A stretch of 64,000 nt of DNA. Source: a bacterium (GTDB lineage Bacteria; UBA8248; JACPRG01; G963555815). Below, piece after piece: positions 10,357 through 19,487 of the stretch (positions are counted from its first letter, which is position 1; each line of letters begins with the position of its first letter). The position numbers and the translations under genes were made by a program. Location: assembly GCA_963555815.3 (NCBI GenBank), contig CAUVWX020000001.1, positions 448,001 to 512,000 of the forward strand. Reading direction: 5' to 3'. The notes under the pieces were generated by a model that saw only the letters and a list, made by a program, of their open reading frames with translations, was not told where the DNA came from and ran no database searches.

Positions 10357-11409
10357 ATGCGCCAGTCGGCTTATCGGGAGCACAAAGACTTCAAGTCTCA
10401 TCTCAATTTTTTGTGGCGAAGGTGTCTGAGTCCCAAGTATCTCATCTACCGGGGCAAGTGGCACTGGGCTCCCCGCTTCGACCACGTCCTCAAGTTCCCC
10501 ACCCACGTGGACATTGAACTCAATAACACCTGCAACCTGCGGTGCGTCATGTGCCCCCACGGATTTGACGAGACCCCGGCCTTCAAGGCGAGCCTCGGCT
10601 ACATGGATTTCGAGATGGCGAAGTCCATCGTCGATGAGGGGGTGTCCAAGGGAATGTTCTCCTGCAAGTTCAATTGGCGGGGGGAGCCCTTGGTCCATCG
10701 GGAGCTCCTGACAAAGAGCATCCGGTATGCCAAGGCCAAGGGGGTCAGGGATATCCAGATGAACACCAACGGCCTCCTCCTCAACCCGGACTACTCCCGG
10801 GAACTCATCAATTCCGGCCTCGATCGGATCCTCTTCTCCCTGGACGGCGCCACCAAAGAATCCTACGAGAGCATTCGGATTGGCGGAAAATTCGAGAAGC
10901 TGGTGAACAACATCCGGGAGTTCGTAGAGATCCGAAACAGCATGAACGTCCGGCGCCCCATCATCCGCGTGGGGATGGTCCGGATGGACGAGAACTCCTC
11001 GGAAGCCTCGGACTTTGTCCGGATGTGGCAGGGGGTGGTGGACTATGTCTCCATCACCGATTACACCAACCGTGGAGAGCAGGATGACCGCCTCGAGAAG
11101 ACTCAGGAACTCATCGCCGTCGGTCGCCGCCCCTGTCCCCAAGTCTGGCAGCGCCTCATCATCGCCTTCGACGGAAAGGCCATCATCTGCTGCCGGGACT
11201 GGGACTCCCACCACGTCGTAGGAAATTTCAACCGCTCCTCTGTGGAGGAGATCTGGAAGGGGAAAGCCCTGGAGACGATCCGCCAGATCCACCGGGAGCG
11301 CAGGCTGGACGACATGACGGCCTGCCGCAGCTGCAAATATAAGGAAAGCTACGAGTGGGTTCAGGCTTCCAAGCTAAAAGCCTCGACAGTCGCCGCGACG
11401 GCCCCTTGA
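10357..11409 (+). CDS. Radical SAM / SPASM-twitch domain protein
   Basis: CNLRCVMC (CxxxCxxC), GEPL, TNG, FSLDG; C-terminal CPQVW...ICCRD...GN...IW...CRSC auxiliary-cluster domain. Confidence 0.9.
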   Translation: MRQSAYREHKDFKSHLNFLWRRCLSPKYLIYRGKWHWAPRFDHVLKFPTHVDIELNNTCNLRCVMCPHGFDETPAFKASLGYMDFEMAKSIVDEGVSKGMFSCKFNWRGEPLVHRELLTKSIRYAKAKGVRDIQMNTNGLLLNPDYSRELINSGLDRILFSLDGATKESYESIRIGGKFEKLVNNIREFVEIRNSMNVRRPIIRVGMVRMDENSSEASDFVRMWQGVVDYVSITDYTNRGEQDDRLEKTQELIAVGRRPCPQVWQRLIIAFDGKAIICCRDWDSHHVVGNFNRSSVEEIWKGKALETIRQIHRERRLDDMTACRSCKYKESYEWVQASKLKASTVAATAP

Positions 11410-11531
11410 GGGGCGGGCGAATCACTCTCTCCAGAGAAAAAGAAGACCAGCCTGAGAGAAACCCCTTACTTGTGCTCACCAGCTCCCGAAAATGAGAAGG
11501 ATCTCACCTGGGGTCTTTTGGACCAAGCGAG

Positions 11532-12554
11532 ATGACTGAACACCTAAATTCCCCAGAGGGTTGCCTCATCGTTGCAGCCCTGGGGGTGAATCATAACGGG
11601 GATGTGGCGCGCGCCCGAAAGATGGTGGACATCGCCGCCGACTCGGGCTGCAACGCCGTCAGCCTCCCCAAGCGGCGTCCCGATGAGACGTGGACCCGAG
11701 AGGTCCTGGACCGGAAGGAGCCCCGCTTTCCCGAGCTGGGGCCGACCCTTCGGGTGATCTGGGACCGCCTGGATCTGGATTCCCAAGCCTTCGGGCAGAT
11801 CCGGGGGCAAGCCCAGGGGCGCCTCGGGTTTATCGGCGAGGCATACGACATCCCCTCCCTGGAGTTCCTGGACGCTTTCGAACCCGACGCCCTGAAGATC
11901 CCCGCCGAGGCCAATACGGATCTTCCCCTCCTTCAGGCCGTGGCTCGAAGGGAAAAGCCCGTTCTGGTCTCAACGGCCACCTTGGACGCTCGGGAGGTGG
12001 AGAGCCTCGTCCAAAACCTCAAGGGCTGCAACCTGACACTCCTTCACGGGGTCGCCTCCTTCCCCACACCCCCCGAGGAGAGCCAGCTTCAGATGATCCA
12101 TTGGCTCAGGCGTTTTGAATGCACCGTAGGGTATGAGGATTACGAAGACGGGATCCTCACGGCCCCGGTCGCCGCGGCCCTAGGGGCAAAGGTGGTCCAG
12201 AAGCGCCTGACCCTGGACCGGTGCCTGCCGGGGTTCGAGCACGCCTTTAGCGCCGAGCCGGATGAGCTCCGCCGGATGGTAGAGTCCATCCGAAAGGTCC
12301 AGCGGGCCGTGGGGGGAGAGGTGGAAAAGAGGCTCTTACCGATGGAGGTGGACTCTTTCGACAACCACCGGAGATCGGTCGTGGCGGCCGTTGACATCCC
12401 CCAGGGGACGGTCCTGACGCGAGAGATGCTGACCGCCAAGGCGCCCCTTCGGGGCCTCACCCCGCACCTGATCCCCGACCTCATCGGCAAACGCGCCCTC
12501 TATCCGATTCGCAAAGACGACCACATCACCTTCGGATTGGTGGAGATGACATGA
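11532..12554 (+). CDS. NeuB/SpsE-family nonulosonate synthase-like protein with C-terminal SAF/AFP domain; catalytic motifs degenerate
   Basis: GVNHNGD, LKIP, TLDR, and the RRSVVAAVDIPQGTVLTREML AFP-like domain. SDH is changed to EDY, EKH to QKR and VKFQ to VSLP. Confidence 0.85.
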   Translation: MTEHLNSPEGCLIVAALGVNHNGDVARARKMVDIAADSGCNAVSLPKRRPDETWTREVLDRKEPRFPELGPTLRVIWDRLDLDSQAFGQIRGQAQGRLGFIGEAYDIPSLEFLDAFEPDALKIPAEANTDLPLLQAVARREKPVLVSTATLDAREVESLVQNLKGCNLTLLHGVASFPTPPEESQLQMIHWLRRFECTVGYEDYEDGILTAPVAAALGAKVVQKRLTLDRCLPGFEHAFSAEPDELRRMVESIRKVQRAVGGEVEKRLLPMEVDSFDNHRRSVVAAVDIPQGTVLTREMLTAKAPLRGLTPHLIPDLIGKRALYPIRKDDHITFGLVEMT

Positions 12555-13237
12555 AAGAGACCCCCCTCATCTCGGCCGTCATCCGTGTGAAGGATGAGAT
12601 CCACTGGATCCGCCGTTGCCTGCGGGCCGCTTTCCTCCAGGACTATCCCAGGCTGGAGATCATCATTGTGGAGAATGAATCGAGCGACGGGACCGAGGAG
12701 GCGGTGCGGGAATTTGAGTGCAAGATCGTCTCCATCAGTGACGCCGAGTTCAGCTTCGGCCGTGCCCTCAACCGGGGCATCCAGGCCTCCCGGGGGGATC
12801 TCATCGCCTGTCTGTCATCCCACTGCATCCCGATCAACAACAAGTGGCTCGACCGTCTCCTCATCAACTTTGAGTCTGACCGTGTCGCCGCTGTCTACGG
12901 CCGTCAGGAGCCCCTTCCCGACACCAACATCTTCGACAAGCGGGACCTCTGGAACACCTTCGGGCTGGACCGCAAGGTCCAGGTGCGGGATTCCTTCTTC
13001 CACAACGCCAACGCCATGTTGCGCCGAAGTGTCTGGGAAGAGATCCCTTTTGACGAGGAGCTCGACGGGGTGGAGGATCGGGACTGGGCCAAGAAGGTGA
13101 TTGAAACCGGCTACCAGATCATCTACGAGCCCCAGGCCAGCGTGTATCACCACCACGGCATCCATCAGGCCATGGACCCGAACCGGGCCGAGCGCGTGGT
13201 GAGGATGATCGAACTCATCAACGGCCGGGAGCCCTGA
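12551..13237 (+). CDS. Glycosyltransferase family 2
   Basis: IIIVENESSDGT, ALNRG, YGRQ, FDE and VEDRDW motifs; ATGA overlap with the NeuB-like gene. Confidence 0.85.
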   Translation: MKETPLISAVIRVKDEIHWIRRCLRAAFLQDYPRLEIIIVENESSDGTEEAVREFECKIVSISDAEFSFGRALNRGIQASRGDLIACLSSHCIPINNKWLDRLLINFESDRVAAVYGRQEPLPDTNIFDKRDLWNTFGLDRKVQVRDSFFHNANAMLRRSVWEEIPFDEELDGVEDRDWAKKVIETGYQIIYEPQASVYHHHGIHQAMDPNRAERVVRMIELINGREP

Positions 13238-13258
13238 GACACCCCTTGGAGGATTCGT

Positions 13259-14014
13259 ATGGGCGAGGGCCACGTGGTTGCCCTAATTCCGGCCCGCGGA
13301 GGTTCCAAGGGCCTTGCCCGAAAGAACGTCAGGCCGCTTGCCGGAAAGCCTCTGATCGCCCATACCATCCAGGCCGCTTGCCGGGCGGGGCGGGTGGAAC
13401 GGGTCATCGTCTCGACCGACGACAAGGAGATCGCCCAGGTCGCCCGGGAGTCTGGCGCCGAGGTTCCCTTTCTCCGGCCCACCTCCTACAAGACACCGTC
13501 GGGGGCCACGGTGGACCTCACCTCTGACGCGGCCTCTACAGAGGAGGTCCTCCGGCACGCCCTCCTCTGGCTCAAGCAGGAGGAGGGCTATCCCGTCGAG
13601 ATCCTGGTCTACCTTCAGACGACGGATGTCTTCCGACACCGGGGGATGATCGACCGGGTGGTCCAGGCCCTTCAGGAGGACCCCTCGTTGGACTCGGTCT
13701 TCATCGGGTATCGGGATCACAAGAACTACTGGCTGGAATCAGAAGGCGGGTTTTCTCCCATGGGCCCGCCCCGGTGGCACGTGTCCCGTCAAATGAAGCG
13801 GCCCATCTACCGGGAGGACACGGGCCTCGCCTGTGCCACCCGCCCCCGCTTTCTCCTGGGGGAACCTCCCCGCCGCCTGGGGGATCGAGTCCTCATCATC
13901 CCCAATGAGGACCCGGCCTCCGCCATCGACATCCACGAGGAGTTTGACCTCTGGCTGGCCGACAAGGTGCTGACGGAATGGCAGGATAGAGATATCTACG
14001 ACGTGAGTGGATGA
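13259..14014 (+). CDS. Acylneuraminate cytidylyltransferase family protein (NeuA/PseF/KdsB-like)
   Basis: LIPARGGSKGLARKN, GKPLI, VSTDD, EVPFLRP and IDI motifs. Confidence 0.88.
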   Translation: MGEGHVVALIPARGGSKGLARKNVRPLAGKPLIAHTIQAACRAGRVERVIVSTDDKEIAQVARESGAEVPFLRPTSYKTPSGATVDLTSDAASTEEVLRHALLWLKQEEGYPVEILVYLQTTDVFRHRGMIDRVVQALQEDPSLDSVFIGYRDHKNYWLESEGGFSPMGPPRWHVSRQMKRPIYREDTGLACATRPRFLLGEPPRRLGDRVLIIPNEDPASAIDIHEEFDLWLADKVLTEWQDRDIYDVSG

Positions 14015-14050
14015 TGAATTCCCTGAAGATGCGCGCGAACAGAGGCTCTC

Positions 14051-14764
14051 ATGATATCGCCCGGTGAGATCCCGCCCGGGGGCGCCCAGGTCATTGCCCT
14101 GATTCCGGTCCAGGGACTTCCCCTCTATTACGAGAAGCTCGGTGACAGGACCCTCCTCGCCCACACCATCCAGGCGGCGAAGGCGAGCCGATCGGTCCAG
14201 CGGATCATCGTCTCAACAGAAGACGACCAGATGGCTGAGCTCGCCAAGCGCGAGGGGGCCGAGGCCCCCTTCCTCAGGCCGAAAGAGCTCGCCTCCTCCG
14301 ACGTCCCCCTCGAGAAGGTCCTTCAGCACGCTGTCGAATGGTTGGAAGAAAGCGAGGGGAAACCCGTCGAGGTCCTCGTCCTTCTGGAGGTGACGCACCC
14401 CTTCCGGCCTCCCGGCCTCATCGACAAGATCGTGGAGACCCTCTTTCGGGAGAACTGGGACTCGGTCTTCGTGGCCCATGAGGAGCGGGCGAACTTCTGG
14501 TATCTTCAGGGGGGAGGGCTCACCCGGATCAGCGGGCCGGAGCGAGGGCCAAGAACCCTCAAGAGCCCCCTCTACCGGGAGATCAGCGGCCTCGTCTGTG
14601 CGACCCGGGGGGAGATCATCAAACGGGGAGAACGCCTAGGCTACAGGGTGGGGATGGTCCCCATTCGGGACCTATCGGGAATTGTGGACATCAGAACCCC
14701 GACCGATCTTGAGATTGCGGAACGACTCTTGCCAAAGTGGGAATCTCTCTGCCTCTCCCGCTGA
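14051..14764 (+). CDS. Second cytidylyltransferase-like protein lacking the PARGGSK CTP-binding loop
   Basis: Retains LLAHTIQAA, IVSTED, EAPFLRPKELA, HPFR and VDI, but the N-terminus reads IPVQGLPLYYEKL. Confidence 0.8.
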   Translation: MISPGEIPPGGAQVIALIPVQGLPLYYEKLGDRTLLAHTIQAAKASRSVQRIIVSTEDDQMAELAKREGAEAPFLRPKELASSDVPLEKVLQHAVEWLEESEGKPVEVLVLLEVTHPFRPPGLIDKIVETLFRENWDSVFVAHEERANFWYLQGGGLTRISGPERGPRTLKSPLYREISGLVCATRGEIIKRGERLGYRVGMVPIRDLSGIVDIRTPTDLEIAERLLPKWESLCLSR

Positions 14765-14806
14765 GCCCGCCCAAGGGGCCCGGAAACAGGCAGTGAATCT
14801 GAAACC

Positions 14807-16168
14807 TTGAACCGTCAAGACTTCCTTCGGGAACTCAGATACATCACCAAGGTCTATCTCTATCTGCCCATCACCTTTCTGCGGCGGGTCGCCCTGGGGC
14901 GGGACCCCTACTTTCGCCAATTCTTCTTCAATCGGTGGGGCTTTCTACCCCGGCCCCTCAAGGACCTTGCCCGGCGGAGGGACACGCTGTGGATCGAGGC
15001 CCTTTCCGGAGGGGAGAACACCCAGATCATCACCTTCCTCAAGCGTCTCCGGGGGCTCTACCCCCATCTGAACCTCGTCCTCTCCACCAATAACCGCTAC
15101 TCCTTCAACTTTTCGAAAAAGCGCCCGGAGCTCGACTTCGTCTTCGACAGCCCCTGGGACCTTCGGTCGGTTGTCCGCCGGACCCTTCGCCGCCTTCGAC
15201 CAAAGGCCCTCCTCTTCATCGAGAATATGAGCTATCCGGTCCTCGCGAGAGAGGCCCAGCGAAGGGGCGTCAAGACGGTCCTCCTCAGCGGTTTCATGAG
15301 CAAGCGCTTTGATGAGCACGAGATCATGGCGAGGTCCATCCCCCGTCGCTTTTACCGACACCTCGACCACATCGGCGTCAAGGGCCCGGAGGACGCCGAC
15401 GGGTATCGTCGGCTGGGGGCGGACCCGAAACGAATCCGCACCGTCGGAGAGATGAAATATGACCTAGAATACCTCCGGCTCTCGGAAGAGGCGAATCTCT
15501 CCCTTCGGCGAGATCTAGGGATTGAGAGGAGGGCGCCCGTCCTCGTGGCGGGGGGCGTTCGGGCGGGCGAGGACGACATCATCCTGGAGGCGTACCGCCG
15601 CCTCAAGTCGCACCACCCTGACTTCAGGCTCCTCCTGGCGCCGAGCCACTACAGCAACACCCTTCAGGTGAACGCGCTCTTCAGGTCCCATGGGTTCCCA
15701 TACCGCAAGCGGACAGAAGCAGCCTCCCAGGAGGACACCGTCATTCTCGTCGACACCTTTGGGGAGCTTGGGCACCTTTACGGGATCGGGAGCTTCAACT
15801 TCATCGGAGCCAGCATCATCCCCAAGGGGCGCCTGGCCTACGGCCACAACATCATCGAACCCCTGGCCCACGGCCAGCCCATCTTCTTCGGGCCCCACAT
15901 GAACCACTGGCGGGCGATCACGAAGGTCCTGCTGACCATCTACCCGGGGCTTGAAGTGAGGACGGGGGAGGAGCTGGCGCAGGGCATCTTGGGCCTGGTG
16001 GGGCGCCCGAACCTGATGGCCCGCTTGAAAGAGGCCGCTGAGGCCCTGGTGGAGAAGCATCGATCGGCAGTCGCACAAAACCTCGCTTTCGTCCAGGAGA
16101 TCTTGTCCCGCCAGGGCATCGAGGCCCGAAGGGGGCCGGCGGAGGCCCCGCTTGTAAGGGAGACCTAA
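14807..16168 (+). CDS. WaaA/KdtA-like (GT30) ulosonic-acid transferase, diverged
   Basis: LWIEALSGGE, GEMKYD, VDTFGEL, GHNIIEP and FFGPHM align with WaaA motifs; TTG start. Confidence 0.8.
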   Translation: MNRQDFLRELRYITKVYLYLPITFLRRVALGRDPYFRQFFFNRWGFLPRPLKDLARRRDTLWIEALSGGENTQIITFLKRLRGLYPHLNLVLSTNNRYSFNFSKKRPELDFVFDSPWDLRSVVRRTLRRLRPKALLFIENMSYPVLAREAQRRGVKTVLLSGFMSKRFDEHEIMARSIPRRFYRHLDHIGVKGPEDADGYRRLGADPKRIRTVGEMKYDLEYLRLSEEANLSLRRDLGIERRAPVLVAGGVRAGEDDIILEAYRRLKSHHPDFRLLLAPSHYSNTLQVNALFRSHGFPYRKRTEAASQEDTVILVDTFGELGHLYGIGSFNFIGASIIPKGRLAYGHNIIEPLAHGQPIFFGPHMNHWRAITKVLLTIYPGLEVRTGEELAQGILGLVGRPNLMARLKEAAEALVEKHRSAVAQNLAFVQEILSRQGIEARRGPAEAPLVRET

Positions 16169-16172
16169 CATC

Positions 16173-18143
16173 GTGTGTGGGATCGCGGGGATCTTCCACC
16201 GGGAAGCGGAGCCGGTGGATCTCGGGGCGCTCGGCCGGATGAACGATTCCCTCTCTCACCGGGGACCGGACGGGGAGGGCTATGTCCTGTGGGAGCCGGG
16301 ACAGGAGCCCCGGTACTTCAGCCGTCTCCCTGAAGGCCCACCTTTCCCCCGCGGACGGCTGGCCCTGGCAAACCGCCGCCTCAGTATCATCGACCTCTCG
16401 GACCGGGGCCGTCAGCCCATGGCGAACGAAGACGGCTCCATCTGGGTCACCTTCAACGGGGAGATCTACAACTACCTGGAGCTCATGACGGAGCTCAAGG
16501 GACGGGGGCACCGCTTTCAGAGTTCCTGTGACACCGAGGTCATCCTCCACGCCTACGAGGAGTGGGGGGAGGACTGCCTTGCCCGGTTCAACGGGATGTG
16601 GGCCTTTGCCCTCTGGGACGGTCGACAAAAAGCCCTTTTCTGCGCCCGGGACCGCTTCGGCATCAAGCCCTTCTACTACTTTGATGACGGAAGACATTTC
16701 ATCTTCGCCTCTGAGATCAAGGCCCTCCTCCTTCATCCGGCGATCCAAAGGCGTCCCAATGACCAGACCATCTTCCTCTACCTCTGCACCGGTTCAGGCT
16801 TGATGGATTTCACGCCCGAAACCTTTTTTGAGGGCATCCACCAGATCCCGCCCGCCCACTACCTTCGCCTCAAAGAAGGAAACACGTCGCTTCACCGATA
16901 CTGGGATTTAGATGAGAATCAGGGCCCCCTCCCCAGCGGGGACGAGGAGGCGACAGCGGGTTTTCTGGATCTCCTCACCAACGCCGTTCGCCTCAGGCTT
17001 CGAAGCGATGTTCCCGTCGGCGTCTGTCTCAGCGGTGGGCTTGACTCCTCCTCCCTTACCTGCCTTGCCCGCCAGATCCTCGGGACAAATACGCTTCGCA
17101 CCTTCTCCTCCTGCTTCGATGATCCCCGTTACGACGAGCGGGAGTTCATCGAGCCGGTGGTCCGCCACACCGGGGCCCAAAGCCACTACACCTTCCCCAA
17201 GGTGGGGGAGCTTTTTGACCTCCTTCCGACCCTCATCTGGTTTCAGGATGAGCCCTTCCACAACCTGAACCAGTTCGCCCAGTGGTATGTCATGCGGACC
17301 GCCCGAGAGAACGGGGTCAAGGTGGTCCTGAGCGGGCACGGGGGAGACGAGATTCTAAACGGCTATCCTCAGGACTTTATCTATCTCTTCGCCGACCTCC
17401 TGAGGGGTGGACACCTGCTCAGCATGGGGCGGGAGCTCTCGGCCTATCGGACCCTTCACGGCCGCTCTCGACTCTCGGCCCTCCTTCAGGCGCTAAAAAT
17501 CCTGGCGAGCCTTCACGGCCCTCCTTCTCTGAAGAGGGCCTTTCGGACGGCCCTGGGCAATCATTCCCACCACGTCCTCGAGCCCGAATTTCTGCGGCGC
17601 ACGGGCCAAAGGCCCGAACTCGGCCTCCAGGGAGGGTCCTGCCTTCGGACGGCCACCTACATGGGCCTTCGGATCTATCCCGTCCCCGGATGGCTCCATT
17701 TTGAAGATCGAAACAGCATGGCCTTCTCCGTGGAGTCCCGTATTCCCCTGTTGGATCATCGGTTGGTGGAGTACACCTATAGGCTCCCGGGGGATCAGAA
17801 GATCCGGGACGGGCTCACCAAGTTTGTTCTCCGAAACGCACTGAAGGGAATCCTGCCCGAGGTTATACGAAACCGAACCGACAAGAAGGGATTCCTCGCC
17901 CCAACGGACCTCTGGATGAAGGAAGAGATGCAGGAAAGGGTCCGGACTCTCTTCTCCTCGGAGCAGTTTCGCGCTCGGGGCTACCTCAAGCCCGAGGCCG
18001 TCCTGGCAGAGTTCGACCGCCACTGCCGGGGAGAGAAGAACCTTCGCCTCACCCTATGGAGCTGGGTCAATCTGGAGCTCTGGTTCCGTCAGATGATCGA
18101 CTCTCCTCTCAAGCCGCCGGCCGCAGCCGCCCACCTTCCTTGA
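16173..18143 (+). CDS. asnB: Asparagine synthase (glutamine-hydrolysing)-like amidotransferase
   Basis: N-terminal CGIAG, HRGPD, RLSIIDL, FNGEIYN, RDRFGIKP, LSGGLDS, DRNSMAFSVESR and KKGF. In a glycan locus, so probably amidates a sugar acid. Confidence 0.92.
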   Translation: MCGIAGIFHREAEPVDLGALGRMNDSLSHRGPDGEGYVLWEPGQEPRYFSRLPEGPPFPRGRLALANRRLSIIDLSDRGRQPMANEDGSIWVTFNGEIYNYLELMTELKGRGHRFQSSCDTEVILHAYEEWGEDCLARFNGMWAFALWDGRQKALFCARDRFGIKPFYYFDDGRHFIFASEIKALLLHPAIQRRPNDQTIFLYLCTGSGLMDFTPETFFEGIHQIPPAHYLRLKEGNTSLHRYWDLDENQGPLPSGDEEATAGFLDLLTNAVRLRLRSDVPVGVCLSGGLDSSSLTCLARQILGTNTLRTFSSCFDDPRYDEREFIEPVVRHTGAQSHYTFPKVGELFDLLPTLIWFQDEPFHNLNQFAQWYVMRTARENGVKVVLSGHGGDEILNGYPQDFIYLFADLLRGGHLLSMGRELSAYRTLHGRSRLSALLQALKILASLHGPPSLKRAFRTALGNHSHHVLEPEFLRRTGQRPELGLQGGSCLRTATYMGLRIYPVPGWLHFEDRNSMAFSVESRIPLLDHRLVEYTYRLPGDQKIRDGLTKFVLRNALKGILPEVIRNRTDKKGFLAPTDLWMKEEMQERVRTLFSSEQFRARGYLKPEAVLAEFDRHCRGEKNLRLTLWSWVNLELWFRQMIDSPLKPPAAAAHLP

Positions 18144-18183
18144 GCCCACTCTGGACAACCCTCTCCCTCGGAGGCGAAGGGGC

Positions 18184-19377
18184 GTGAACCTTCCCACTTG
18201 GGATCAAAAGATCTCGGTCCTCCACGTCATCGAGTCCCTCGCTCGCGGGGGGGCTGAACGGCGTCTTGTCAACGACCTCACGTATCTTGCCGAGGAAGGG
18301 GTGGAGAACCACGTGGCCTTTGTCCTGCCGGCTGAAGATCTACGAGCTGAGATCGAGTCCCTCGGGGTTCCAGTCTATCCCCTCGGCCTTCGGGGGAGAC
18401 AACATCTTCCGGCAGCCCTCCTTCGTCTGAGAAGGCTGGTGAGAAGAACCCAGCCCCACATCCTCCACACCCAGCTCTTCTTCGCCGACCTCCTGGGCCG
18501 TCTCGCCGCAAAAAGGTTTTTATCCCCTCGACAGACCCAATTGCCTCGTGTCGTCTCGACAGCCCAGAACACCATGTATGAGCCCGACTGGCGGCCCTAC
18601 TCTAACTCCCCAAAACGCCTCTGGCTCGACCGTTTGACGGCCCGCCGGTGTGTGGATCACTGTGTCGCGGTCTCTGAACACGCGAAGCGTTCGACCATCC
18701 GCTGGATGGGCTATCGGCCCGAGGATGTCACCGTCATCTACAACACGGTGGACCCCGGCCGCTTTGTCCCCATGACCCAAGAGGAGCGAAACACCCTTCG
18801 AGGGGAGCTGGGTCTCTCGCCTGAGGACTTTGTCCTCTTTGGGGCTGGCCGCCTGGTGCCCGAAAAGGGTTTTCAGGTGATGTTTCGCGCCTTAGCCAAG
18901 TTTTCGTCTCAAAGGCCCGGGATACGATTTATCCTTGCCGGCGGAGGCCCAGGAGAAGGTGATCTGAAGGCCCTCCATCGCGATCTCGGCCTCGGCGACC
19001 GGGTCCGGTTCCTGGGAGTCCGCACGGACCTTCACCGAATTCTTCAAGCGGGAGATTTATTTCTATTTTCTTCCCTTTGCTGCGAGGGTCTCCCCGTCGC
19101 CCCTCTGGAGGCCATGGCCCTTGGGGTCCCCTGTCTTGCGAGCCATGTGGAGCCCATTGGGGAGATCATCGAGGAGGGACGGACGGGGTATCTCTTCGCC
19201 CCAGGGGACGCAGAGGACCTCGGCCGGACCCTCACCCGCCTCGCCTCCCAGCGGGATGAGCAGTCAAAGGTGGCCCGTGCCGCCCGGGAGTCGATCCTCG
19301 CGCGCTTTGACGCCCGGCAAGGGGCTAAAAAGCTGGCCGCCTGCTACCGTTCTCTCCTGGAAGGGCGTCCTGCTTGA
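18184..19377 (+). CDS. Glycosyltransferase family 4
   Basis: GGAE, GRLVPEKG, EGLPVAPLEAMALG (ExxxxxxxE motif). Confidence 0.9.
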   Translation: MNLPTWDQKISVLHVIESLARGGAERRLVNDLTYLAEEGVENHVAFVLPAEDLRAEIESLGVPVYPLGLRGRQHLPAALLRLRRLVRRTQPHILHTQLFFADLLGRLAAKRFLSPRQTQLPRVVSTAQNTMYEPDWRPYSNSPKRLWLDRLTARRCVDHCVAVSEHAKRSTIRWMGYRPEDVTVIYNTVDPGRFVPMTQEERNTLRGELGLSPEDFVLFGAGRLVPEKGFQVMFRALAKFSSQRPGIRFILAGGGPGEGDLKALHRDLGLGDRVRFLGVRTDLHRILQAGDLFLFSSLCCEGLPVAPLEAMALGVPCLASHVEPIGEIIEEGRTGYLFAPGDAEDLGRTLTRLASQRDEQSKVARAARESILARFDARQGAKKLAACYRSLLEGRPA

Positions 19378-19487
19378 CTCGAGCCGATCCTTTCTATATG
19401 AGGGAGTGACTCGTTTGGTCTTCTTCACCGGATTAAGGCGAATCTCTTAGAGTTCCCTATTTAGTCTCTTTCGGGTTTTGCGAGGAC

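Noticed and set aside
10204..11292. 362-aa minus-strand ORF opposite the radical SAM gene (and similar shadows at 37974-38993 and 60484-61734)
   Set aside because: Each overlaps a motif-supported gene on the other strand and has no domain signal.
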